From the human T2T-CHM13v2.0 reference genome, Homo sapiens: a stretch of 64,000 nt of DNA. Each line of letters begins with the position of its first letter. The first letter of the stretch is position 1. Shown here in pieces: positions 31,463 through 50,442 of the stretch. The position numbers were made by a program, and so were the translations under genes. The stretch lies in assembly GCF_009914755.1 (NCBI RefSeq), contig NC_060929.1; one strand, 5' to 3'. The notes below the pieces were generated by a model, which did no database searches, was not told the origin of the DNA, and saw only the letters and a list, made by a program, of their open reading frames with translations.

Positions 31463-33147
31463 GGATCATTGCAGGAACTCCTTTCTGATCTCTGTTCCTC
31501 CCTTAGTCTATGCACATTTCAACCAGAGTGATCCAGCCAACTACAATCCAGCTATGCTACACCTTTGTCCACCTAGCAAAGCCCAGGCTTCTCACCACAG
31601 CAGCCTTCTGTGACCTGGCTCCTTCCTCCCTCTCTAGCCACATGGTCTGTTCCACATTGCCTGGGACTGTTCACACAAACTCTGTTCTTTGCCATCCTTG
31701 TGCCATTCCATCTGCCAAAAATGCTCCTTCCATCGGTCTTCACTTGGCTCATTCTCACTGATCCTTCAACATTGATCTCCAGTGTGGTTTCCTGGAAATT
31801 TGCCTGAATCCCCAGATTGAGCTAAGTTGCCCTTAGGTTTCTCTGGCTTCATGGTCATCTCACTCCCACTCTGCTCCCCACTCCTGTCTTCAGACTGTGG
31901 GCTTTTTGAAGGCGTGAACACTCAGTCTTGCTTATCTTTTTTGGCTTATTTTCTGTGTAGTATCTGGCACATAATAGATGCTTGATGAAAGTTTGTGGAT
32001 CTAAACTAAATATTGGTGCTACTCTTGAGTATAACTATCTCCCCTCAGGGGCCCTGCCACCCATATGCTAGTACCTGCCTCCCATCATAAGGAAACAGTG
32101 CCTTTTAGGCATTGCTGAAAAGTATAGGGTCTGGACCTCCTGATACTGGGACTTGTTACCCTTTAGACATCATTTCAATCTTCATATATCTTCCTCCTGT
32201 GGTTAGACTTAAATTGAGGGCTGTGGGCTCAGCCACAGAACATCATGGCCTCTGTTACCCTAAGTTTCTTCCTGTTCTTGAAATTGTGACGGTTTGGAAA
32301 GAGATGGGGAGAATATTGTTACCCACGTGACAGGCTGCAGCAACCTTGACCACTAAGGTCAAATAAGCAGCATTGATGAATTTTAGCATGTGGGCACCCC
32401 TGGAGGGGGCGAGGCAAGTCTTTCTGTTACAAAGATGCAGATTTCAGTGCAACTGAAGGCAGAACTTTCTAATGAGAGTATAAAGTTGTCCACTGGTTGT
32501 TTAGAAAGAGGCTGGACTTACACCAGTAGAACTCCAAGTCCACATAGACCCGCCATTTGGTTCACCAGACACCATTCCCAGGGCTGTATTTTAGCCATCT
32601 GACTGTCCAGGGATCCCCGGGAATCCTTATGTGTGATGATGGGGCTTTAGAGACTTTGAACTAAAATGCCAAGGCCTCAGCTCCGTGAATTGGTCTTCTT
32701 CCTTTAGATTGGTGCTTCTCAAACCTCTTCAAATCTGAGGGTGAAGAAAGTGGATGCCTACCTCCACCAGGTAAAGTGATCTGCTGCAAGCATTAGATTT
32801 TTGTGAAATTTCATTCTTTAGCTTAAAAATTCATGTGAACTTTGCATTATACTCTGGTTTTCTCAACTAAGATAAAAATATTTTGAAGGACTTTGTAGTT
32901 AAATCACTAAACTTGTTTCATCTTGACATAAAAATGGATGCTCCACTAGGATGCACTTGTAGCTTTGTATGTCTCCTGGCCCTATCTCTGCACCATCACC
33001 ATTTCTAAAGCATTGCCTGTCTTACACAAAGGCCCCAAGGCCCGTAAGAAATAGTAATGATTTTAAACAGGATTCCAGGAGAGTGGAGCCCATGAATCTG
33101 CATTGTTGCTTACAGAATTACAGCAAGATTGGGAACATGAGAGTTGT

Positions 33148-33810
33148 TTTTTTGTTTGTTTGTTTGTTTGTTTGTTTGTTTTATTTTATTATTATTATAC
33201 TTTAAGTTTTAGGGTACATGTGCACAATGTGCAGGTTTGTTACATACGTATACATGTGCCATGTTGGTGTGCTGCACCCATTAACTCGTCATTTAGCATT
33301 AGGTATATCTCCTAATGCTATCCCTCCCCCCTCCCCCCACCCCACAACAGTCCCCGGAGTGTGATGTTCCCCTTCCTGTGTCCATGTGTTCTTGTTGTTC
33401 AGTTCCCACCTATGAGTGAGAACATGCGGTATTTGGTTTTTTGTCCTTGCGATAGTTTGCTGAGAATGATGGTTTCCAGTTTCATCCATGTCCCTACAAA
33501 GGACATGAACTCTTCATTTTTTATGGCTGCATAGTATTCCATGGTGTATATATGCCACATTTTCTTAATCCAGTCTATCATTGTTGGACATTTGGGTTGG
33601 TTCCAAGTCTTTGCTATTGTGAATAGTGCCACAATAAACATACGTGTGCATGTGTCTTTACAGCAGCATGATTTACAATCCTTTGGGTATATACCCAGTA
33701 ATGGGGTGGCTGGGTCAAATGGTATTTCTAGTTCTAGATCCCTGAGGAATCGCCACACTGACTTCCACAATGGTTGAACTAGTTTACAGTCCCACCAACA
33801 GTGTAAAAGT
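33148..33810 (-). mobile_element. Young 5'-truncated L1PA (~660 bp)
   Basis: Perfect 16-bp TSD GGAACATGAGAGTTGT (33132-33147 / 33811-33826). Open ORF2 C-terminus (LLHCWWDCKLVQPLWK...SLIGGN*). G-rich 3' UTR and (AAAC)n tail. Confidence 0.97.
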
Positions 33811-36800
33811 GGAACATGAGAGTTGTAACTGAAAAGCTTGTGAGGCAGTCTTCTAAGATCAGGGGCTCCCATGTATGCAGTGGAGTAGGCCAGAATTGCT
33901 CCCAGTGCCTGATCAAAGACACATGAAGCCATGTTCTGTGATGCTAGACCGTGGTCAGAGAACCCTGGTGCTGGGCATAGAGTACCCAGTGTTCTGCAGT
34001 GTAGGCATTTTAATGCCTTGAGCACTGAAGGTGAGAACCTGAGGCTCATCAAAATGAGCAAGTAGGCAGAGCTTTAGAGTTTTAGAGCAAGAATACAAGG
34101 GAGCCCCTTGTTCTCATTCCTCTCTTAGACGAGAATACGTTACTCAGCCTGTTCTGTAGCCAAGAGAAGAGGATGATGTCAGTGGATCCAAGATAGCCTG
34201 TGAGTTTGAACCGTTTTTTAAAAGAAATATACTTTGATTGAACACAAAATGGTCTTTTAGGACTTACTTAACCCTTTGCTGTGCTTTGGGCATTTTCTGT
34301 TTTCTATTCCACCAATGGACACAGAACTGTACCCCTTTCATACTCTCTAGGGTTTGGGGAGATGGGAGGGGGAATTACCATGGGAGCCCATCTTCAGCTT
34401 AGTCACCTGCCTGTAAACAGACTGCTTCCTTTCATTGCTGCTGCGGTGCTTACCTCTCTAAATCTTCAAAAATAATACAAGGAAGAAATATAGTTCCTTG
34501 GGTGTTGCCTCGTTGGCTTTTGATGTAAAACATAGTGGCCCCAGAGGGTCAAGGTGCAGTGGGGATTGTCTTCCATGTGTGTTAGCAAAGAGGAGGGGCC
34601 AAGGGCTGGGCCTAAGGCCTTGGGGACCTTCCCAGGAGAAGCTTTGCCGGTCTCAGGCTTCTGGTGTCTTTGCTAAGCTTCTGAAAATGTTGAGGTTTTA
34701 ATTGTGTAGTGTTTCACTCAGGTTGTATGTCATTAGGATGTTAATGGTGCTTTTTATCAATAACTGCTTGGAAATCATGATTGTTCTTGCCACATAAGTG
34801 AAATTCCTTTTCAAAAAAGTGGGCATTTGCATTTTGTGGCTGACTTTGCATGGGCTACTTACTTTTAAATGGGATTCATTTCAGTGAGATTGGTTTTTAA
34901 ATGGGAATTAGTGCCCGACAAGGATTCATTACCCCTGGGGCCATCTAATCTTTGGACTTGGTGACTGAAGGTCATGGTTCATCCCAGCATGAGTGGTCCT
35001 GACACACCAGAGTCGGGAAAGTGAGTGTGGTTGGATTCTTGATGGGGTACCAGCTGTGGCTAAAAATCCAGGTGCTTCAGGGTCACAGGTCCCTAATGGG
35101 AGATTCCCATGGAGACAAGCAGGGAAGACATTTCACTCTTGGTCCTCTAAGGCAGTTCTAGCTTATCAATGATAAAATTGAGGACAGAGGCAGCATGTAT
35201 AATTGAAATCCACAGGAAATCTCTAAAACTCATTTTTAGCAGGTGGTTTCTGTTTCTTTGCCCATCAAATCTATTTACCAGAACTGCTGACCATGTAGCA
35301 AAATTTACTGATTTGAATATCATCCCTCCCCACTTTCTCCCAACTTCATGTAATGTTCAGGAGAAGGGAAGGCATCAGAGGCATGCAGGAGGATGGAGGT
35401 GGATCAGAAATGAGTGCTTGGGTTTTTCCACAGTCTGGATAATTGCCTCCTGAATAATCAGAGCTAGACTGTTCTTTGCTTGTTCTCTATTACACAATGT
35501 AATTTTACATGCTTGAAGTCATCCGGCAGTGTCTATTATCAGTGGTATCTCTAATAAAAGGAAGGAAGTCAGTTGAGGGATGTCACGTTTTGACCATTGC
35601 CTTTAAATTCCTGTGTTCTCCCAGTCAGACCCTGCATGATCTTTGGGATCTTGGAATGGAGCTGTGTTTACACACACTCAGCCTAGTCATTTGTGGCTGA
35701 ATTATTACATCATGAAAGCTTGATGCCTTGATTCCTGCACTGCATGTACGACAGAAAGAATTTTGACATAATCATAGCATCGAACTGCAGTTTGGGGTTT
35801 TTTTTGTTTTGTTTTGTTTTGTTTTCCTCCTCTGAAGTTAAATCTCTCTAAGGCTTCCTTGTGCTGGCCTCCTTTGGGTACTTGTCATTTTGTGGATTAT
35901 ATTCTAGACCATTTTTTTCTTTCCATTTTAATGCATAATCGACATCAGGCTGAGTTTTTTTCTCATGACTATAGATGACATGACTATGTTGTATAAATAA
36001 TTTCTCTTTAATCTGATATTTGTCAGGGGGAAATGGCTTCTCCATTATACTGTGCCAGCCAAGTTTTCTGTGTTTAGATCTGATGGCATCTGCATGACTT
36101 CTGTGTTTATTTTTCTCATTACGACTTCAGAGTTAGCAAGACGATGGCCTCTTTATCTTTTCTCACTGCCATATTTTCCAGGCACAGTGGGATGTAGCAT
36201 CCCCCCTCCACTGGCACAGCAAAGCTCTCTGAGTCTAGTAGTAGCACTTCTTAAGAAAGACCAGTGACAGTGGGGAAGGAAGGAGAGGGCATGGGTAGGG
36301 GGCAGTGTAAGATGCTGTGCTGGAAAGCACATCACTGTGTCTAGTGCATGGGGGGAGGTTGACGGTACTGCCTCCCTCTTTGCAGCCTGACCTCACTGTC
36401 TGGGTGGCCCACTGCAGCGGAAGCGGGTGCCTTGTGCCAAACGTTGTGCACACCGACTTCCCTACCTGCTTCCTCTTTCCATGCTCATTGTTTCTCAGCC
36501 AGATCTTTCACATCTTATTTATAAGTCATTTAAAAACCCTCACCTCATTTAAAGTCTCTTTGTACACCATCTTAAGGCCTTTCTGGAACAGTCTGAGATA
36601 TAAGTAAATACACAAATAAGAGCATGGCCTTCCCAGTGAGGCAGACCTGGGCTTAAATCTCAGCTTCATCCTCTCGGGTAAGTGGCTTAACCTTTCTGCA
36701 GCATAACCTCTTAAGCCATAGAAAGGGGCCCAGGATGCCCTGTGGGATTGCTGTGACCTTTACGTGAGATGATGTACGTGGGGAATTCATCAGCCCCTTT

Positions 36801-37165
36801 TGTCTTATTGAGGCACAGTGCAGTTACTCATCTTGAGCAAGGTCCCCTGAGTCCCAGCCCAATTTTCTAGAATTTTATTTTACCAAGTTTCAGAGAAACC
36901 CCATCTATATTCTGAGGAATTTTAAATACAACACCTTATTCTACCAAATAAAGACTTTACTGGAAAAATAAAAAGCATGTGTAGAATATTTATGTAGTGG
37001 CTAATGCTCCATTAATGTTAACACCAAAATAGGAAATAGACTTTCCCAATAAAATTAAACCTAATTTCCATTTATTTGGAAATATCTACATATACAAGAA
37101 GATAGAAAGTTTAATTCAGTAAACACCCATGTACTCACTATTTACTGCTTAAAAAAATAGGTCAT

Positions 37166-37509
<344 letters not shown>

Positions 37510-38500
37510 TCATTCACAATATAGTTGAAGCCCCGGCACTTCTCTCCCTGAATTCATCGTCCCCTCCACCAGCAGGACCACTTGCCTCAATTGGGAGTTT
37601 GTCAGCATTTCTTTGTACTGTTATAATATATTCCTAAAGTCTATTCAGTATTGTTTTAAGTATTTGTAAACTTCAAGTGGTATCCTAAGGTATGCATCAT
37701 TCTAAAACTTGCAATTTTTTGTTTTGTTGTTTAACTCAATGTTTGTAAGATTCATACGTTTTAAATGAGTAACTCTAGTTGTTTCATTTTTACTGTTGTA
37801 TAATATTCTATTGTATGGCTAGTCCTTGATACATATATCAGTTTCTTCTGGTGATATTAATAGACTATGGATTCAGTTTTCTAAATTTTTGTTACAAACA
37901 ATACTGCTCTGAATATTCTTGTAAATGCCTCCTATACACCCTAGAGATACACTCATATAGGAGGCTGAATTGTCAGATATATACTTCTTCGTCTTCACTA
38001 GATATCCCCAAACTGTTTTTCAAAGTTGCTAAACCAGTTTACATGCCCACCAACAATGTATAAGAGTTTCTGAGGGGCCACTTTCTTGCCTATGCTAGAT
38101 AATGTTTGACTCTTAATTCTGCCATTCTGTTGATAAAAATAGTTGGATGTAGGATAGTATCTCATTGTAATTTAAAATTTTTATCTTCCTGATTACTAAT
38201 GATGATGAGCATCTCTTCATACTTATATTTCCTCTCCTGTAAATTTCTTTTTCAAATCATTTCCCCGGCTTTGTTTTTGGCTGTCTTCTTACTGATGTTT
38301 AAAAAAATTTTGTTTTATGTTCTGGTTACTAGTATTTTTGGGTTTTTATGTTTTAGATTTCATCTCTCCAGCTCTGGGCCTTTTTCTCTTTTATTACAGT
38401 GCTCTTTGCTTTTTTTTGTTTTGTTTTTGGTGAATAGAAGCTATAATTTTAAAGTCAAAGTGATTAATCTTTTATTTCATGGTTGTATATTTTGATGAGT
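37510..38500 (-). mobile_element. Degenerate L1ME-like 3' fragment, continuing from ~37060 and split by the Alu
   Basis: CCAAACTGTTTTTCAAAGT...CCAGTTTACATGCCCACCAACAATGTATAAGAGTT motifs. Confidence 0.6.
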
Positions 38501-39015
38501 AGACATTTGTATGTTTATGTGATAAAACATCATGCTGCCAAATTAATGTACTATTCTAAATAGTAGGGCATAAAACATAAAAGTAATGAAATATGTCACT
38601 GGCTGTGAGTATCTTGTAACCATGAGTAATCGTCCATCTATATTATATAACAGAAAAACTATGAAAGAGATTTTTGATTGATTTTGATTGTAACGTAGGG
38701 ATATTGTTTGGGGGGGATAATTCACCAAATATAAAAGACTTTATCTTCCTCATGCCAACATTATAATCTTGTGTTTTTCGTGGAGCTATCTGGAAAAAAC
38801 CAGTGGAGGTATCTGGAAATGAACACAGATAGCTGTCAATGTCTGGGTCCAGGCATGATAGCTGAGTCTTGGGTGGGTGTTGTTACCTTCCACGAGGTAA
38901 GTGTTCCACCGGTGTTTGTTGAGTAAATGGATATGTAATAGAGTCTGCAGGAGGGGCCATTAAAGAAGCAGGAATTGAAGTTAGCAACAGACAAGTCTGC
39001 TCAAAAGAATAGACT

Positions 39016-39190
39016 AGTGGTTCTCAACCCTGGCTAAACCCAAGGAGATAAAAAGTTGAAGACACTTGGGCCCCATTCTTAGAGATTTTAGAGATTCCAG
39101 TTATCTTGGTGTCAAATAGGACCCAGGCATTGATATATTTTTAAAGTTCCCCAGGTACTTCTAATATGAAGCCCAGGTTGAGAACTTCTA
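39016..39190. mobile_element. MER5B-like DNA transposon
   Basis: AGTGGTTCTCAACCCTGGC ... CCAGGTTGAGAAC terminal inverted repeats. Confidence 0.65.
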
Positions 39191-42100
39191 GACCAGAGGA
39201 TTGGAAGCAGGAAGGAGAAGGGAAGCTCATGGGCTGCCCAGTGAGCTCTTGGGCCCTGAAAGGTCCAGGGTGTCAGAGTTGCCAGGAGGTGCTGGAGGGC
39301 AGCCAGACCACAGCCAGGTAAGGCTGGAGGCTGGAGTGAGGGCAGCGCCAGCCAGCAGGGCCCACAACTGAGAGGGGACAGAAGGAAGAGAGTGTTCTGG
39401 GTGTGCTAAGCACAGTTGGCAGGGGAGAGAGGGTGGGATGGGACAGAGTTTCCCAGCATAGAGCAGGGAGGCCCAGCCTCACAGTGGGATCACCTAGAGG
39501 CTGCAGGGCCAGTCCCTTTCTGACTGGAAGCCAGAGGACAGACAGGGGCCCATTAAAAAGGCAAAAGGCAGACACAACCTTTGTTTACCCAGAGCTCAGA
39601 CGAATAAAGAACTAAGTTTGGCCTGAGAATGGAGGGTGGACAGGGCACATATTGAGATCATTAAATGCTATTTTTAAATCAGAGCCAACAGGGCAGCAGA
39701 CAGAGTTGATGAAGAGCATTTAAAAGTGCCTATTTCTGTGCCCACAGCTGGTGTCTTTTCAGTGTGAAATGATCTTCACCGTGGACCCGTCACAAAGTGC
39801 AAGTCAAGCTTGCCTTAAGCTGTGTGTGTGCGAACACTCAGTACTGTAGATGGTGGGAAGGAAGGGATTCTAAAGGAGAAGTCATTGAAGTGGGGAAGAT
39901 TCAGACTCTGAGTTTTGGAACTCAGACATTCCACCCCCACCTGGACACACACGCACATGCACACGCATGCATACCCTTTTTCTTCTTGGTGCTGGGCCAG
40001 CCCTGTTAACAGACTACCAGGCACAAGCAGGGATCGCCAGGCACTGCATCATCTGTTTTGCAGAGTCTGAATGGAGTCCAGAAGCCATACCAGAAAGATG
40101 AGTGCTGCAGAATTAATGCTTCCAATTTTGGAGCATAATGGAAGAGCAGTGCACTGGGAGTTAGGAAGAATGAAGTCTCAATCTTCACTCTGTTACTTAA
40201 AAGCTGTCTGTTCTTTTCAGTTTAATTCAATTCCACAAAGCATTTACTGAGCATCTTGTAGATGCTGGGGATAAAATTGTGAAAAAGACAGAGACTATGT
40301 CCTCAAGAAACTCACAGTCTTGCCAAGGAGTGAGATATTTAAATGAGTAACAAAATCAGTGCTATGAATACAGGAGTACTGAGGAGAGAAATCACTGGTT
40401 CTTCTTTGGGTGAAGTTGGACTTGAACCATTGTCAGAGGGCAAGGGCGTTGGAGCAGGCCCTTGAAGGATGCGTTAGCTGCTGAGGCAGGAAAGGGCTTT
40501 CCAGGTCAGCTGCTTTCCTTCCTGAATCCTTAGCTTCCCTCTTGTCTGAGGAAGGCTCTAAAACTCGATGCCAAGTTACTTAACAAAATTCCTGAAGCTG
40601 AAACTATTAAGAGCTGCAGCAATCACCTCTAGAGAATGTGGTGGCGTGACAGGTGAATTAACCAACCTGAACTACCTTGATTTCTCTCGTGAGTTTGCCT
40701 CTTCCATCTGCCTACCCTGCACCAGCTGGGTTGTATCGTGGAGTTCCCTTTCTATTGAAGTGAAGCCAAGCTGAGTTTTTTTCTTGATCATTGCAGTGTA
40801 TTTTCCCACTTGCTTTCATTGCTGTAGTTCCTACTCATAGTGGTGTTTTTGTTTAGTTTTTGCTAAATCTCTGTTCTTGGTTGTTCAGAAAGTGGGCAAG
40901 CCAATGTTTGATTTTCCCAAGTCACAGATCTTATTACGTTAATCCTTTGCTCAAACACCTGCAATGTGATTGGTGCTTAGAGATTAAAAAAGAGAGCTCC
41001 TTCCTGTGTCCTCTGAGGATCTGACCCCAGCCTTCCCAGTCGACCCTTTCTCACACTGCAATCCAGCTCTCTGGACACTTGTTTTCTCCCCACCAGCACC
41101 TTCGCTTTCCTGCCTCCATGCCTGTGCCTGTGCTGTTCCCTATGCCTAGAATCTCCTTCCCCAACCCAGTATCTTCGTCCCCCTATTCTTCACCACCTGC
41201 CTGCCTTCATGAAGCCTTCCTTGATCTCCCCACCTCCCAAACCAGAAGTATTACCTCCTCTTTCTCAACTTCAAAGTGGGAGAGAAAATGTCTCTCAACC
41301 AGAATTCTATATTCAGCCAAACTTCAAGCAAAAGTGAGTGATAGACGTTTACAGATCAACAAAGACTGAGTGACTTTGCCATAGACCTTCTCTGAATGAA
41401 ATGATGTATTCCTAATTTTGCAGTCATGGACCCATGTTGCCAGCTTGAGATCAACAATGGTATTTATACCACGGAAGTCAACAAATGCTACAAAATAGTA
41501 CTTGTGTTTTTTTTTTCATGTGAAAGTGGATTGGTGACCCTGCTTCCATGTATATATGTGTGTATGTTACCATTCACACATGTACACACAAATATTTGAC
41601 ACACTACGAATGTTATACAGCACAGTTAAAACTACGCTGTAGTTCAGCAGTCCTTCCTCATTAGGCTACTGTGGAAACACATGTGGCTAGGAAGTGTGTC
41701 TCTCTTCACACTCTGGTCCCACCCTCCCCTCTTCTCAGGTGTTGGAATTATGTTACCTATGCCCCCACCCCTGCATTTGTTTCTCTGACCCTGGCAAACT
41801 TGGCCACTTCCTGGAATCAGAGCTAATACACTAATTGAAGAGTCTGTGCATCTGCAGTTGCTCAAAGTTCATTCTTTGAAGTAGAGAATCTTGGCCTGGC
41901 TACACAGATGTCAGTAAATTATCTCCTGTTTCTGTTCATAGTTGCTGTTTTATAAATTGGTGAAATGCAGGCAGTTAGACGCCTGTGTCAGAAGCAGAAC
42001 TCTGCAAACTGCCGTCTGTGAATACACCTGCTACAGGTTTTTTCCTGCTGGTCACTACCTAGTGCCAGCCCTCAGAGTCAGCAAGAACAAGTTCCAGTGT

Positions 42101-42802
42101 TCTTTTGGGACAGTTGACCTCTTTTGGACACAGAAGCCAAGGCCAGATGACTTGGAGCACAGACCAAGAAGGAAAAGGCAGGCCAAGAGACACAAAGCAA
42201 AGTGTGGGTCAGGACTAGAGGAGCTGGTGAACTGAGGCACCCACGCCGGTAGTGCAGGTAGAGTGACAACACGTGGGAGGGAGCACAGTGAAGTGAGGCT
42301 GGGAGGAGAGAGGCAAAGGATGCAAAGGATGGTAGAGATACGAGAGGCAGGGGTTTGGAGAATGTCCCTTAGCAGCAACTTTACAGCCCCACTTCCGGGC
42401 TCTGCTGTCCTCCCACGAGCTCACAGCATGCCTTCCTGCTGGGTAGGTCAGACAGGAGTTAGAATACTGGATGGCAGGCAGAGAACTGTTGTGGCTATGA
42501 GAGAAAGTTGTAGGGTCTTTCCTGCCTTTAGGAAGAAAAATGATATATCTTCTAGCTTGAAAGTTGCTTTTAAAACTCCATGCTGTGACACAGTGGCCAT
42601 TGCCTGTCTGCCCCTAGGATTACAGGTGTGAATGCGCCTGGCACAATGCCTGGGTCAGAGGGACTTAAGGAATGTTCACAGTCATCAGATATTCTCCTGG
42701 TAGAGTCAAAAGTCGCCTGCCCTTCCCCGCCAGCCCACCATGTAAGGTTAGCTGTATCAACACTTCATGCACATATTGATTATTTGGAAAAGTATACAGG
42801 CA

Positions 42803-43189
<387 letters not shown>

Positions 43190-43387
43190 GAAAAGTATAC
43201 AGGCAAGGTATTGGTTAGGGGTGAATTATTATTTTTTGGACAGCCTGTGCCCTTCTTGCAGGAATCCTTCCCTATCTCTTGGCCTTCCAATGCGAGTCAC
43301 TTTTTATTTTATTCCTTTTAAGCTTCTATTTATGATTTCATTCATTGCTTTATTTTCTGCCACTGAGTGACTCTTTTAGGAGCCTAA

Positions 43388-43843
<456 letters not shown>

Positions 43844-43846
43844 TAA

Positions 43847-44159
<313 letters not shown>

Positions 44160-45903
44160 CAATCATTAACTTTTTAATCAGCGTTCTGGCAGTTGCACTG
44201 CTTTGGAAAGAGGGTGTCTATTTCAATAACAAAAACTGGCTTGGGAGTGGAGCTGGGTGAAGGGCTGGCAGCCCAGTGACGCAGCAGGTTCTGGTGCTGG
44301 TCCTCTCCCAGTAGAGTTGCTCTTGGGGCTGTGCCCCTAGGCTACTGGTGTCAGCACCCACACCTTGCAGGATACTGACTTACTTAGACAAAAGAAGAGT
44401 AAGAGAAGTCCACACTCAACATGAGCCTGTCACTTTGACCTGAACACAGCAGTGAAACACTGAAGGAACTTGTTCACAGGCTCAGGGACTCAAAGCCTCC
44501 AGTTGGTTTTCATTGTGCCAGGCCTGCTGAGTGGACCCATGGTTGAGGAGGCTGCCTCCCCAAGAGGAGCAGAACAGGCATCCTTGCCCTCCTGAGAACC
44601 CCCCACAGAGGGCCAGGAACCTCAGATGAGCAGTCATTAGAGGGCTCTTTGAGTTTTCTGCTGGCTGGTTTGGTGAGAGGCCCAAGCGCCCTGCATGAGT
44701 TCTTTACACTGCTGTGTTGGGGTGGGGTAGGAGAATCAGGCCTACAGAGGAGAAGAAGACTGGTGCTTTGGAGAGTGTTCATAGCACCAGCACTAAGAGT
44801 TAAGCTTGGGGAAAGGAGAAGAAAGGAGAAAGGGAAATTATTATGGTCTTGCAAAGTATAATGTAAAGAAAGTTTGCTTTTCTTGTTTGTTTTTTGTAAC
44901 TGAAAAGGCTCCCATGGCCCTTGGGTCACTGCAAGTGTCTCTGGTTGTGTAAATGCTGCTGCGTGCTGAAGGCGCTCCTTCAGACTGACAAGGGGCCAGT
45001 ACAGAGTGTGGAATGCAGGATAAGCTTCCAATAGTGACAAATGACCACAGTCTCTTAGAGAAAAACAAAATTGGATCCATGGAGGTGAGGTCAAGACCGT
45101 CAACCAAATTAGTCTAGAGAATAGTCACTTTTAGAAATCTCAGTAAAGTAATTAAAAATAAAGACAAATATTTGCTTTATGCTTGCTACCATCTAACTGC
45201 TTGCCAAAGGCAGCCAGATGGTGTTGGCCAGTGAACACTGAAGAGCCCTATGCTCACTCCTGGAGTTGTGGGGCAGAGACAAGCCTCTCGTGGTCATCAT
45301 GGTGTGGTGTTGCTCAGTTTATTTGTGGAACTACAACTAAGATGAATAATTTATCCATGGTAAATGTGAGTAAGACTAAGCTGTTTGACCCTCATAGTAA
45401 AACATGAAGATAAGAAAACCAAGATCTAAATATAGGAAAGGCTCTTAAACCATACATGTGATTTAGCCTCAAGATTTGAGAGAAATGTTTATTCTCTTTT
45501 GAAATTTCAGAATAATAATGGCCTCAGCATGATGCCCAGCACATAGTAGGTGCTCAATAAATAATTATTGAATTGAATTCTTTTCTTCCATAAAATAGTA
45601 CATGCTTATTATAAAAATCCAGACACTTCTAGTAAAAATGACTCAAAGTCCAACCACTTAGCATTTGGGGATGTATCCTTAAAGACATTTCCAATGCATA
45701 TAAATGGATACTTTTTTTTTTAATACAAAAACAGGACTGTGCTATACATATACATCATGCTTGGTAACCCATCTCCAGTTCAGTAAGCTGGATTCTTCAA
45801 TTTAGTGCACACGGTGGCATAATGCAATGCGTTGCGTAAGGAAGGATGTATCCATTTGTGTAGTTTAAGACTTGACGCTTCTCTTGTGCTGTCCTTTATT
45901 TAG

Positions 45904-46357
<454 letters not shown>

Positions 46358-46479
46358 TGAGTATAAATATGATGGACAGATTGCATGGTGGATTGTGAGA
46401 AAGAACAGCTCTTCCACCCCAAAACTAGTCTGCTCCACATCCTACTGTAGCCAGAAAGGGAAGAAGCAATGAAATGGTG

Positions 46480-46690
46480 AAGGGCTGGGCTTTGCCATGA
46501 GTCACAACTGGGTGGGAATCTTGGCTCTGCCTTTAATCAGCTGTGTGACCTTGCATATATTGCTTCACTCCTCTGACCCAGTGTCCTGTCTGCAAAATGG
46601 AGATGATTATGCCTCGGGAAATTGTAAGTTAAATGAGATAGCATAGGATGCCTAGAACTTTCTCTGGCAGTTACCATTAATGATAGCAGT
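46480..46690. mobile_element. MIR
   Basis: GAATCTTGGCTCTGCC...AGCTGTGTGACCTTG...TCTGCAAAATGGAGAT MIR core. Confidence 0.65.
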
Positions 46691-47549
46691 TGCTGTTGTG
46701 TGGGAATAGAAGATGATAAAATGCTCCCCTACATCTTCTATGTGACTTAAGCCAAGCAGCCTACTGGGCTCTGTAACACAGCAGGAACTTGTGTCCAAGG
46801 ATACAAGGCCCAACCACCTGTAGGACTGACTTCACTCTAATAATGGCAGCAACTATGTCCTCCTTGCAGCCCTTCCAGGTTCCTGTGCCCCCTTAAGAGA
46901 AACATGTATGAAGAGGGAGTTTGTACCCTTTTAAATAATTTCTAAATCCTTATCTGCATATAAGCCATCCTGTTAGGCCTAAATAAGTTAACTTCTTCCT
47001 TGTAAAAACTGTAGCTTATTAGCACCTGGAATCTTGCCCTGTACTTGGGACAAGTAAAGATGCAGAAAAGATGTAAACAAGTCAACCAACATATAGATGA
47101 AAGTGAAAAACCAAGCAAGGAAATGTGCTATTTGATTTATGAGCAAATGGAAAAAGAAAATAGTGTTTTATAGTTGCTTGGAAAAAGAAATGCAAATCTA
47201 GGAAGGGAAAAAAAAAAAGGAAGAGATTAGCTTGGGAAAATTTGATGAAAACAAATTTAGGAACAGAGAGAGAGAGAAAAATAAACACCAGCCACAACTA
47301 TTTGTATAGAATACAAACAAATGGAAAATTTCAGTAATCATTCTGAGCCATGCCCTTTGTACTCCAATTTTGAATAAAGGCAATAACAAATAAAGGCATT
47401 GATATCAAGGACTTATTCCCAAAGCAATTTCCAGAATACTTTTTGGGATTAGTGTGGTTTTAGATCAATTTCATTTACCTTCATTTTTGTCCTATGCTAC
47501 ACTGGCAATTAATGCTCATAAGGATGTCTCATTCTTTTAAAAATGTAAG

Positions 47550-50442
<2,893 letters not shown>

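Noticed and set aside
33399-34061. 220-aa minus-strand ORF
   Set aside because: It is the L1 ORF2 C-terminus read in frame from chance open flanking DNA with a non-ATG start. There is no promoter or splice support.
44510-45103. 197-aa minus-strand ORF
   Set aside because: No recognisable domain, non-ATG start, and antisense within an intron.
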